Assembly (NCBI GenBank): GCA_023129115.1
Contig: JAGMCR010000009.1
Location: forward strand, 6,121 to 70,120
Reading direction: 5' to 3'
Source: Candidatus Iainarchaeum sp.
Lineage (GTDB): Archaea > B1Sed10-29 > WALL01
Length of the DNA: 64,000 bases
The stretch's first letter is position 1, and every line of letters starts with the position of its first letter. A program made the position numbers and the translations under genes. The notes under the pieces are model-generated. The model ran no database searches, was not told the DNA's origin, and was given only the letters and a program-made list of their open reading frames with translations. Positions 45,574 to 53,500 of this stretch are shown here, piece by piece.

Positions 45574-46116
45574 TCAGTCACTTTCTTCTCCGCCCTGTAT
45601 CTCTTCCATCACTTCGTCGATTCTTTCGTGGAGCTCTTTAAGAGTGCCCTCGTTGCGGATGATGTGGTCCGCCATCATGAACACAGTCTCCATGCCCTTG
45701 TTCTTGAGGTCGCGCTCGTCCCTCCCGAAGAACGCTTTCTTGTCCTGGGGGTCACTGTCGTCGCGGCGGGTGTAGCGCATTTCGCGCGGGGCTGACGCCA
45801 TTAGGAGGAAGAAGTGGGCGGTCTTGGCACGGAAGAACTCAACTTCTTGGGGGCTTCGGAATCCCGTTATGACGGCGTCCTCGGCGTCTATGATTGGGAA
45901 GAGCATGTTGGCCATTACGCCCATTCCACCTTCCTTGCGGAGCTCGTCGCCTAAGCGGCTTGCGTTGTCCTTGGTCGGCTCGAGGCCGCGCTTCTCAAGT
46001 TCCTTGAGGAAGACGTCATGGTAAAAGTCAAACTGCTTGAAGCCGTACTCCTTCATCAAGTAATGCGCGACAGTGTCCTTGCCGCTCCTCGCCGGGCCGG
46101 TCAAACCGATAATCAT
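45574..46116 (-). CDS. P-loop kinase, archaeal UPF0200 / dephospho-CoA-kinase-like family
   Basis: Walker A IIGLTGPARSGKDT, followed by ...GFRSPQEVEFF... and FFGRDERDL, as in UPF0200 proteins. I start at ATG 46116. Confidence 0.6.
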   Translation of the reverse strand: MIIGLTGPARSGKDTVAHYLMKEYGFKQFDFYHDVFLKELEKRGLEPTKDNASRLGDELRKEGGMGVMANMLFPIIDAEDAVITGFRSPQEVEFFRAKTAHFFLLMASAPREMRYTRRDDSDPQDKKAFFGRDERDLKNKGMETVFMMADHIIRNEGTLKELHERIDEVMEEIQGGEESD

Positions 46117-46148
46117 AGTAACCACGTTAGTAAAGGAACCTCGGAAAG

Positions 46149-47421
46149 TTATACAAGAAAGCTTTATAAAAGCATGAAGAGGTATTAAAGTATATGAAAA
46201 TTCACACCTTGGACGTGTTGCCCCGTCAGGTGAGAACAAAAGCTGGTAAAAAGCGGCTGCTCGTCTTGAAAGAAGGTTCCATCAGCTCCCTTCTGCCCAT
46301 AAAACTCAGGATATTGCGCCTACTCTCTAAGAAAGCCTTAAAAACAACCCAAGTCACGGAATTGCTAGGGATCCAGAAAAGGACGACCAGAAAATTTTTA
46401 AATGAGCTCGAGATTGAAGAAAAAATTGTGAGGACAGAAGGCAATCGCATTAACAACTCTTTTCGTTTCGCTGATTCATGGAGAATTGTTGGCAAGATAA
46501 GTGGCATCCCAAATAAACCCCCAAAAGACAGGGTATGTGTCTGGTACTCCACCAAGCACACTAATTACTCTACCCGTCATTACTGTTTTTTGCCGAAAGA
46601 GATAGGGCTAACAGACAACATCGCGTCTGCTATTGGCATATTTGATGGTGAGGGCAGCAAAACAAAAATTACTACGTTGGAGATTGTGAACAACGAGCCA
46701 CTGGTGATTAAATGCCTACTGGAGTTTTTTGGGATTTTTGGCATTCGGAAAAAAGACTGGAAGTGGAGATTAACATTCAATATTAAACTGAAGGACAAGT
46801 TGAGTGTAAAGGCTATTAAGAAGGCAAGAGAGTATTGGGTCAAGAGCACAAAGATATCCGCTGAAAACGAGACTGCTAGCTCCCCACAGTTTTTGGGTAC
46901 CCGCATAGGCAAAATCAGACGAGGCCCTCCGTGGGGGGCTTTGAGTATTTTTTACAATAGTGTGATACTGCGGAGCGTGCTAGCCTCAATTATGGAAAAC
47001 TTAAAACCAATGATACTACAGGATCCGCAGCTGGTCGCGGGGTATCTTAGGGGCTACCTCGCTGCAGAAGCATACGTTGGAGCAAACGACAGGGCGATAC
47101 AAACAGCCTCAACAAGAAAAGAAGAACTTGCTTATCTTGGAAAATGCTTTGATGTTATAGGGGTTAAAGCATCCATGAGTAAAGCAACAAGCACGTCGCC
47201 ACCACGCATTATTGTTACCAATTTTGATTCTTTCATGAAGCTATACAAGTTAGACGTGTTCAGGCTTCATCCATACAAAAAGGCTAACTTGCTTTCAAAA
47301 TTACTAAATTATACCCTATTAACTGGGGATGACAAAGAAAAAATTGGAAAAGAATTGAAGACACTAAACAACAAAATAGAAAACAGAGAAAAGCCTTTCA
47401 AAAAATTTACTTATACAAAAA
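46149..47421. mobile_element. Putative insertion of the LAGLIDADG gene, bounded by a short direct repeat that copies the gatD tail
   Basis: TTATACAAGAA (46149-46159) versus TTATACAAAAA (47411-47421), 10/11. The right copy is the gatD 3' end (reverse complement ...TTTTTGTATAAGTAA). The left copy (reverse complement TTTCTTGTATAAC) sits in the promoter region of the kinase gene. The repeat is short and AT-rich, so chance is not excluded. Confidence 0.35.
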
Positions 47422-47447
47422 CATATCTGGCTCGAGCTGGGGGTTGA
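46194..47447 (+). CDS. Free-standing LAGLIDADG homing-endonuclease-like protein with N-terminal wHTH
   Basis: Two LAGLIDADG-type motifs, IASAIGIFDGEGS and LVAGYLRGYLAAEAYVG, lie about 150 aa apart. An N-terminal wHTH (LRLLSKKALKTTQVTELLGIQKRTTRKFL) precedes them. This is the most AT-rich gene here. Its last 41 nt overlap the gatD 3' end. Confidence 0.65.
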   Translation: MKIHTLDVLPRQVRTKAGKKRLLVLKEGSISSLLPIKLRILRLLSKKALKTTQVTELLGIQKRTTRKFLNELEIEEKIVRTEGNRINNSFRFADSWRIVGKISGIPNKPPKDRVCVWYSTKHTNYSTRHYCFLPKEIGLTDNIASAIGIFDGEGSKTKITTLEIVNNEPLVIKCLLEFFGIFGIRKKDWKWRLTFNIKLKDKLSVKAIKKAREYWVKSTKISAENETASSPQFLGTRIGKIRRGPPWGALSIFYNSVILRSVLASIMENLKPMILQDPQLVAGYLRGYLAAEAYVGANDRAIQTASTRKEELAYLGKCFDVIGVKASMSKATSTSPPRIIVTNFDSFMKLYKLDVFRLHPYKKANLLSKLLNYTLLTGDDKEKIGKELKTLNNKIENREKPFKKFTYTKTYLARAGG

Positions 47448-48741
47448 GCTCGCCCTTAAGATTCGATGTCATGAGTTCTTTTACTTTGTCACCCTTGGCA
47501 TGCGCCAGCACCCAGCCGAGCTTTACGTACGCCGTCTCGGCGGTCATGTCGTACGCCGGGATTGCGCCCGCGTCGTGGTACAAAATGCGCAGGTTGGTGT
47601 AAACATTCGGGTTCACCGTGCCGTAGATGCACTGCGTCGCGACGACAATGGGGACACCGCTTTTGACGGCGGACTTTATGCGGGGAATCCAGCTCTTGCG
47701 CGCCTTTGTCGGCACGTGGCCGAGCGCAGTGCCCTCGATGACGAGGCCCTTGGCGCCGCTGTCCACGTGGTAGTCGATTATTTTTGGGTCCGAGCCGGGA
47801 TACGCCTTCAGCAGGGCGATGTGGCGCTCGAATTTCGTGTCTACCTCGGTTTTACCAGTGCCGCGCTTCTTAAATTTAGAAATGGGCTCGATTTTCCCGT
47901 CAGGGTAAATCTTGGCGAGGGGGTAGTCATTAATAGGCTTAAAAGCAGGCCTGACAGTACTACTCATTTTCCTCACTTTCGTTCCCCTCAAGAAATAGCA
48001 GTAATCATCAGAAAAGGTAGCGTGCATACAAGTCCCGACTTCAGCTATGTCGGACAGCGCGGCGTAGGCGGAACAAGTAAGGTTCAGCACCGCGTCCGCA
48101 GAGCCGCGGTCGCTCGAGCGCTGCGCGCCCGTGATTATGACTGGCTTCGTGGTGTTGAGCATGAAGGACAAGGCGGCTGAGGTGTAGTGCATGGTGTCCG
48201 TCCCTTGGGTAATTATGACGCCCTCTGCCTTGTCAAGCGCTTTTGCAGTGGCCTTGGCAAGGTCCACCCAGTCAAGCGGGTCAAGGTCCTCACTCATTTT
48301 CTCGAGGACTGTCTTGGTCTTGATGCACGCAATGTCGCCGAGCTCGGGCACGAGTGCAATCAAGTCGTCGCCCGTCATGTCAGTATAGACCGCGCCCGTG
48401 GAATAGTCAACGCGCGAAGTGATGGTGCCACCCGCACCGAGGAGCGCGATGTGCTTCTTTCCCTTGCACGACTGCTTTGCCTTTGCGTGGCCGCCGGTCT
48501 CGTACTTGTATTCCTTGGTGATTCTCTTGGGCTCGGGAGTGGAAGACTTGCTGATGGTTTGGCCCTCGTACTTTATGCCAATGTTGTAGCCGTTGTCCAG
48601 CTTGAGCACGATGTGGTCCGGTGAAGCAGTGATTTCGGGCGACGGCATTAACAGGCCTTCCTCACTCCCAACAACAATTCTGTCGCCTACGGCTGCCTTC
48701 GCCGCCTTCAGGGCACCCTGTATCTCCCTGGAATAAGCCAT
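47407..48741 (-). CDS. gatD: Glutamyl-tRNA(Gln) amidotransferase subunit D
   Basis: N-terminal AspRS-like beta domain plus asparaginase domain (LLGAGGTITSRVD, ITQGTDTM). Confidence 0.85.
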   Translation of the reverse strand: MAYSREIQGALKAAKAAVGDRIVVGSEEGLLMPSPEITASPDHIVLKLDNGYNIGIKYEGQTISKSSTPEPKRITKEYKYETGGHAKAKQSCKGKKHIALLGAGGTITSRVDYSTGAVYTDMTGDDLIALVPELGDIACIKTKTVLEKMSEDLDPLDWVDLAKATAKALDKAEGVIITQGTDTMHYTSAALSFMLNTTKPVIITGAQRSSDRGSADAVLNLTCSAYAALSDIAEVGTCMHATFSDDYCYFLRGTKVRKMSSTVRPAFKPINDYPLAKIYPDGKIEPISKFKKRGTGKTEVDTKFERHIALLKAYPGSDPKIIDYHVDSGAKGLVIEGTALGHVPTKARKSWIPRIKSAVKSGVPIVVATQCIYGTVNPNVYTNLRILYHDAGAIPAYDMTAETAYVKLGWVLAHAKGDKVKELMTSNLKGELNPQLEPDMFLYK

Positions 48742-49428
48742 TCAACCACTCGACGTTAGCTTTTCGCCCTTCTCGTTTTTAATGATAGGCACGGCCACGA
48801 CTTCCAGTGGCTGGAGCCCGAGCTCGATGCGCTTTTCATTGATTAGGTCGGCGCTGGGCCTCGTCTCGTCGCTGACCACGATGGTGCTGAACCGCGGCTC
48901 AAGCGCAAAGCCGTAGACGTCATCTATCTCGCAAATCACTGCGCCCCAGCCCATTTCCGAGAGGAACCGCTCGAGGCCTGCCTGCCTCTCCGCGAACGAA
49001 GGCACGTTGGAGTGCTTGGAAGACGCGAACTCGTCGCTCGTCAAGCCGATTTCCACTATCTTCCCAAGCGCGAACGCCATGCTGAACAAGTACTCGTGGC
49101 CCTTGTGGATAGCGCTGAAGGTCCCGCCAACACAGACCATGTCGCCCTTCTCTGCCGAAGCGTCCGGGAGGCGGATGTGCTCCAGGGAGCTGGAAGGAGT
49201 GGCAGCACTGGAGGAGCCGGCTTCTTCGCCACTGGGGGGGCTGGCAACTGCCAGCCCCCCGGTTTCAGCTTCTTCCTCCCCCGGTTGTGGCTCCTCTTCG
49301 ACGGTTTCTGGCTCTTCTTCAGTTTCTTGTTTTTCCTCCCCGGTTTCTTCTTCGGGCTCCAAAAGCAGGTCCTCGTCTTCTTCAATGTCCATTGCCGGGT
49401 CCAGCGGCGGGGGTGGGGGGCTGTTCAT
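48742..49428 (-). CDS. coaD: Phosphopantetheine adenylyltransferase (archaeal type) with a 96-aa acidic low-complexity N-terminal extension (or start at ATG 49140)
   Basis: The catalytic domain begins at MVCVGGTFSAIHKGHEYLF (nucleotidyltransferase H-x-G-H). Upstream is an in-frame P/E-rich region that contains a hairpin-element palindrome. Confidence 0.7.
   Translation of the reverse strand: MNSPPPPPLDPAMDIEEDEDLLLEPEEETGEEKQETEEEPETVEEEPQPGEEEAETGGLAVASPPSGEEAGSSSAATPSSSLEHIRLPDASAEKGDMVCVGGTFSAIHKGHEYLFSMAFALGKIVEIGLTSDEFASSKHSNVPSFAERQAGLERFLSEMGWGAVICEIDDVYGFALEPRFSTIVVSDETRPSADLINEKRIELGLQPLEVVAVPIIKNEKGEKLTSSG
49235..49270 (+). repeat. G-run hairpin element-like palindrome embedded in an ORF, copy f
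   Basis: GGGGGGCTGGCA-AC-TGCCAGCCCCCC (49235-49260) followed by GGTTTCAGCT (compare GGTTTCGGCT at the end of copy a). It reads in frame as ETGGLAVASPP on the minus strand. Confidence 0.55.
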
Positions 49429-50093
49429 TGCACCACCGTCCCACGCGTTCTTCCCTTGAGCGTCGACTCTATCTCGCCGGGAGTGCCGTTGATTATGAAG
49501 GTCCTTATTTTGGAGCGAGCGATTAGCTTGGCCGCGAGGAGGTCGAACACGAAGTGCGTCCTCGCGCCGCGCGCGTCCTGCTCCGCCGAGAGAGATATTA
49601 GTCTGGCGAACTTCATTTTCCGGAATTTTTTGGCGGACTTGTGCTTGCGCGGGTCCTTGGTGTACACTCCGTCCACGTTGGTGGCGTTGACAAGCTTTTT
49701 GGCGCCGATTGCCTCGGCGAGGAGGGCTGCGACGGTGTTCGTGGTGTGGCCCGGGACAGTGCCACCCATGACCGTGATGCCCTTGCGCTTCGCTTCCCTG
49801 CGGGCCTCGTCGATTGTTGCCGGGACTTTGCCGCGGAGGCCGAGCGCCTTGCGGAGGAGCATCGCGTTCTTGCGGGTTTGCCTGATTGCGACTGCGTCGA
49901 GGTCGTACTCGCTCACGCGCCTTTTCCTGGCGGCGAGGAGTGCTTTTTCGCCGCGCTTCCCCATGCCGACGACCACACCGACGACCGTGCGCCTTTTTAA
50001 GCGCTGCAATATAGAACTGACTTCCTTGACGTAACCCGCGTCTGTTTTGCCGGGAAACACCAGAGAGCCTCCAATCTTCAGGACTATGGCCAA
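49425..50093 (-). CDS. pyrH: UMP kinase (archaeal PyrH)
   Basis: MAIVLKIGGSLV..., GGTVPGHTTNTVAALLAE and NVDGVYTKDP motifs. Confidence 0.8.
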   Translation of the reverse strand: MAIVLKIGGSLVFPGKTDAGYVKEVSSILQRLKRRTVVGVVVGMGKRGEKALLAARKRRVSEYDLDAVAIRQTRKNAMLLRKALGLRGKVPATIDEARREAKRKGITVMGGTVPGHTTNTVAALLAEAIGAKKLVNATNVDGVYTKDPRKHKSAKKFRKMKFARLISLSAEQDARGARTHFVFDLLAAKLIARSKIRTFIINGTPGEIESTLKGRTRGTVVQ

Positions 50094-50146
50094 ATCAACA
50101 CCTCAGGCATTAAATACGCGGGACTATTATAAAAACGTGACTCGAA

Positions 50147-51337
50147 ATGGCGCACTCGAAAGAGAGGTACCTCTTCCGCAAGAAGCTGAAGGAACTGTCC
50201 GAAATGAAGGGACAGGGGACAGAATTGATTAGTATCTACATTACGCCCGGCTACAACGTCAGCGAGGTCACGAACAAGCTCCGCGAAGAAGCTGGCCAGG
50301 CCATGAACATCAAGAGCAAGCAGACGCGGAAAAACGTGAGTGCCGCGATTGAGCGGCTCCTGCACGCGCTGAAGAACATGAAGAAGCCGCCCGAGAACGG
50401 GCTCGCGATTTTTTCGGGAAACATCGACGACAAGGTCGAGTTGTTCTCGATTGAGCCGCCCGAGCCACTGAATATCCAGACGTACAGGTGCGACTCACAG
50501 TTCTTTTTGGACCCGCTGTGGGACATGCTCGAGGCCAAGGAGGCGTACGGCCTGATTATTGTTGACAGGCGCGAGGCCACGCTCGCGCTGCTGAAGGGCA
50601 AGCGCATCGAGCTAATAAAGTCCATGGGGTCGCAGGTCCCCGGAAAGCACCGCGCCGGCGGGCAAAGCAGCGTGCGTTTTGAAAGGCTTATTGAAATCGC
50701 CGCGCACGAGTGGTTCAAGAAAGTCGGCGACCTGGCGAACAAGAACTTCGAGCCCGAAGAGGTCAAGGGCGTTATTTTGGGTGGGCCGGGCCCGACCAAG
50801 CACGGGTTCCTGAACGCGGACTACCTCAGCAACAAAACCAAGAAAAAAATTGTCGCCACTGTGGACACGAGCTACACCGACGAGTTCGGCATACGCGAGC
50901 TGATGCAGAAGTCTGGCGACGTGATGCACGACCTCGAGATAATCAAGGAAAAGAAGCTCCTCGAAAAGTTTTTGAGCGAGGCGGCGCTAGGCGGCCTGGC
51001 GGCGTACGGCGAGAAAGAGGTGCGCGAGGCGCTCACGATGGGCAAAGTGGACACACTGCTCTTGAGCGAGGAATTGATGTGGAAGCGCGTCGAGTTCAAG
51101 TGCCCCCAGTGCGGCGCAATCAAGGAGATGACGGTGAAGGAGCACATGCCACTCGTGAAGTGCGACAAGGACCACATGAACATGGCGCCGCACGTCGAGA
51201 AGGACTTCGTGGAAGAATTGGCCGAGCTCGCGGAGCAGATGGCCAGCAAAATCGAGATGATTTCGACGGACACGCCGGAAGGGGAACAATTTAAAGAGGG
51301 GTTTGGTGGGATAGGTGCGCTCCTGAGGTTTAAATAA
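50147..51337 (+). CDS. prf1: Peptide chain release factor aRF1
   Basis: NIKS motif (AMNIKSKQTR) and GGQ motif (HRAGGQSSVRFERL). Confidence 0.9.
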   Translation: MAHSKERYLFRKKLKELSEMKGQGTELISIYITPGYNVSEVTNKLREEAGQAMNIKSKQTRKNVSAAIERLLHALKNMKKPPENGLAIFSGNIDDKVELFSIEPPEPLNIQTYRCDSQFFLDPLWDMLEAKEAYGLIIVDRREATLALLKGKRIELIKSMGSQVPGKHRAGGQSSVRFERLIEIAAHEWFKKVGDLANKNFEPEEVKGVILGGPGPTKHGFLNADYLSNKTKKKIVATVDTSYTDEFGIRELMQKSGDVMHDLEIIKEKKLLEKFLSEAALGGLAAYGEKEVREALTMGKVDTLLLSEELMWKRVEFKCPQCGAIKEMTVKEHMPLVKCDKDHMNMAPHVEKDFVEELAELAEQMASKIEMISTDTPEGEQFKEGFGGIGALLRFK

Positions 51338-51382
51338 TATATAAGGAAAAGCTTATATATGTAAGTAATTCCTAATACCTGC

Positions 51383-51946
51383 ATGCGGCTCGACAGAGTT
51401 TTAAACGAACTGCTTGGTTCTCAAGCCAAAGTAAGGATTACAAGGGTGGTTGTCACTAACCCCCGGCTGGAGCACACCGGGAGGGAACTTGCCCTGATTG
51501 CGGAAATATCTCAACCACAAGCCAAGGAAGCGCTGGGGGTGTTGGAGACTTATGGGGTGGTTGGGAGCAGGACCGTGGGGCGGGCAATCGTGTGGAGACT
51601 AAATAAAAAAAACTATATTTACAAAGAATTGCTGCTGCCTTTGTTCACGAATGAAAAAATGGTGCTAAGGGATTTGAAAAAAGAACTTGCCCGGACTCTC
51701 GAGCCATTCTCGGAAAAAGTCATTTTATTTGGGAGCATTGCCCGGGAGGGGGGCGGGTCGTCAAGTGACTTGGACTTGTGTGTTGTCACAAAGAACAAGA
51801 AACTAGCCAAAAAAGCACTCTTGGATTTGGGGGCAGAAATTGCCAGAAAGTATAATATAGTTGTTTCGTCAGTAATTTATTCGCCGAAAGAATACAAAAC
51901 ATCAAAAATAATCGAGGGGGGAGAGGCAATATGCGAACGAGGATAG
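51383..51946 (+). CDS. Nucleotidyltransferase (MNT-type) with N-terminal wHTH
   Basis: NTase motif LFGSIAREGGGSSSDLDLCVV (G-S-x-x-R...D-x-D). An N-terminal wHTH-like region precedes it. Confidence 0.7.
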   Translation: MRLDRVLNELLGSQAKVRITRVVVTNPRLEHTGRELALIAEISQPQAKEALGVLETYGVVGSRTVGRAIVWRLNKKNYIYKELLLPLFTNEKMVLRDLKKELARTLEPFSEKVILFGSIAREGGGSSSDLDLCVVTKNKKLAKKALLDLGAEIARKYNIVVSSVIYSPKEYKTSKIIEGGEAICERG

Positions 51947-52329
51947 TGGAAAAATTCAAGTACAATAATTTTCTTCAAAAGGCTAGAGAGTTTTATGACG
52001 AGATGAATGAGGCCCATGCAGCAAAGCGCTGGAATGCTGTTGGATTAAACGGTATTCACTGTGCAATCAGCTGCTGCGACGCGGTGACAGTTTACTTTCT
52101 CGGCAAACGAAGTGCTGGAGAGCGACACGAAGAAGTGGTCAAACTGCTACAGCAAATAAAGGACGTCGATGAAAAAGTAATAAAGCAGAGGATTGTGCAG
52201 ATTCTTGATGTGCTGAGGTCCAAAACACGAGTGGAGTACCACGCAGAAGTATTTTCTGAGAAAGAAGCTGGCATGATAGTCAAGCAAACAAAACGGGTTT
52301 ATGAATGGACAACTGGGCTACTTAAATGA
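51931..52329 (+). CDS. HEPN-domain protein (partner of the MNT gene)
   Basis: 132-aa helical protein that overlaps the MNT gene by 16 nt. It has R-x-x-x-H (RVEYH) near the position of the HEPN R-x(4-6)-H motif. The pairing is typical of HEPN/MNT modules. Confidence 0.6.
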   Translation: MRTRIVEKFKYNNFLQKAREFYDEMNEAHAAKRWNAVGLNGIHCAISCCDAVTVYFLGKRSAGERHEEVVKLLQQIKDVDEKVIKQRIVQILDVLRSKTRVEYHAEVFSEKEAGMIVKQTKRVYEWTTGLLK

Positions 52330-53399
52330 TAATCAAGCAGTCGCCGCAAGATTTTGTTGTCGAAGAAATAACTCTTGACGGGGAAGTGCTGGAGGTCGGG
52401 AAAGAATATTCTTTTTCTGGTGGGGAGGGAGAGCACCTTGTTTTTGTGCTGGAGAAGACAAACTGGGCGACTATGGGCGCGATGAAGGAATTGGGAAAGC
52501 GCTTGCATTGCTCGGAAAAGCGCTTGGGGTTCGCGGGCACCAAGGACCGGCGCGCCGTGACAACGCAGAGGTGCTCTGCGTGGAACGTGAAGAAGGAAGA
52601 GCTTGACAAAGTAAATATAAAAGACATAACGCTGAAGCCGCTCTGCTATGGCGAGCGCGTGGGGCTCGGCGACCTGTGGGGGAACAGGTTCACGATAACA
52701 GTGCGGGAGTTCGACGGCGAGGGAAAAATGCCGGAGAAAATCCCGAATTTTTTCGGGCCGCAGCGGTTTGGGGGGCAGAGGCCGATAACCCACCTCGTCG
52801 GCAAGGCGATTGTGAACGGCCAGTTCCACGACGCCGCCGACATATACCTTTTTGAGACGATGGAGGGCGACCCGGAGAGGGAAGTGCGGGAGAAATGCAG
52901 GGGCGACTACGCCCGCGCCCTCAAGGAATTCCCGATGCACCTTAAGTACGAGCGGTCGATGCTTGGCTGGCTCGCGAAGAGCCCGGGCGACTGGGTGGGT
53001 GCGCTGCGGGCATTGCCGCGGAAATTGCTGGTGATGTTCGTTCATGCTTACCAGTCGCACTTGTTCAACCGCGTGCTCGAGGAGCGGGGCATTGAGCCGA
53101 GGAAAGGGGACGTCCTTGAGGAGGGAGTGCCCACGGGCCCGCTGTTTGGCATGGAGTGCCCGCTCGCCGCCGGGGAGGCGGGCGAGATTGAGCGCCGCGT
53201 GCTTGAGGGCGAGTGGCTGGGGCTGAGGGACTTCGAAATCCACGGCATGCCTGACCTGACGAGCAAGGGCATGAGGCGGAGGCTCTGGATTGAGCCGAAG
53301 GGCTTCGAGGTGTTGGAGGGGGGCGGGAGCTGGATAAAAGTAAGGTTTTCGCTGCCGAAGGGGTGCTACGCGACTACTGCGTTAGATTACCTGAAGTAG
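52326..53399 (+). CDS. truD: tRNA pseudouridine synthase TruD/Pus7 family
   Basis: FAGTKDRRAVTTQ catalytic-Asp motif, and NFFGPQRFG. Confidence 0.85.
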   Translation: MIIKQSPQDFVVEEITLDGEVLEVGKEYSFSGGEGEHLVFVLEKTNWATMGAMKELGKRLHCSEKRLGFAGTKDRRAVTTQRCSAWNVKKEELDKVNIKDITLKPLCYGERVGLGDLWGNRFTITVREFDGEGKMPEKIPNFFGPQRFGGQRPITHLVGKAIVNGQFHDAADIYLFETMEGDPEREVREKCRGDYARALKEFPMHLKYERSMLGWLAKSPGDWVGALRALPRKLLVMFVHAYQSHLFNRVLEERGIEPRKGDVLEEGVPTGPLFGMECPLAAGEAGEIERRVLEGEWLGLRDFEIHGMPDLTSKGMRRRLWIEPKGFEVLEGGGSWIKVRFSLPKGCYATTALDYLK

Positions 53400-53400
53400 A

Positions 53401-53500
53401 TGCCTCTGGGGGGCGTCAACTGCCACCGGCTTAGGGGGGCGCCGACTGGCGCCCCCCTAGTCCATTGCGATGGCTTGGTAGTCTAACGCGAAGTTATCCT
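53401..53500 (+). repeat. G-run hairpin mini-element, copy b (composite/nested)
   Basis: It starts 1 nt after the truD stop with TGCCTCT-GGGGGGCGTCAACTG, whose 15 nt GGGGGGCGTCAACTG match copy c. A complete hairpin TAGGGGGGCGCC-gact-GGCGCCCCCCTA follows at 53432-53459, then TAGTCCATTGCGATGGCTTGGTAGTCTAACGCG. It is bracketed by GTTAGATTACCT at 53381-53392 and 53506-53517. Confidence 0.7.

Larger units (their letters stand above)
51330..52331. mobile_element. Putative MNT/HEPN cassette inserted at the aRF1/truD junction
   Basis: TTAAATAATA (51330-51339, containing the aRF1 stop) versus TTAAATGATA (52322-52331, containing the HEPN stop and the truD ATG as AAATGA), 9/10. The enclosed two genes are AT-rich. 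The repeat is short, so this is tentative. Confidence 0.35.
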
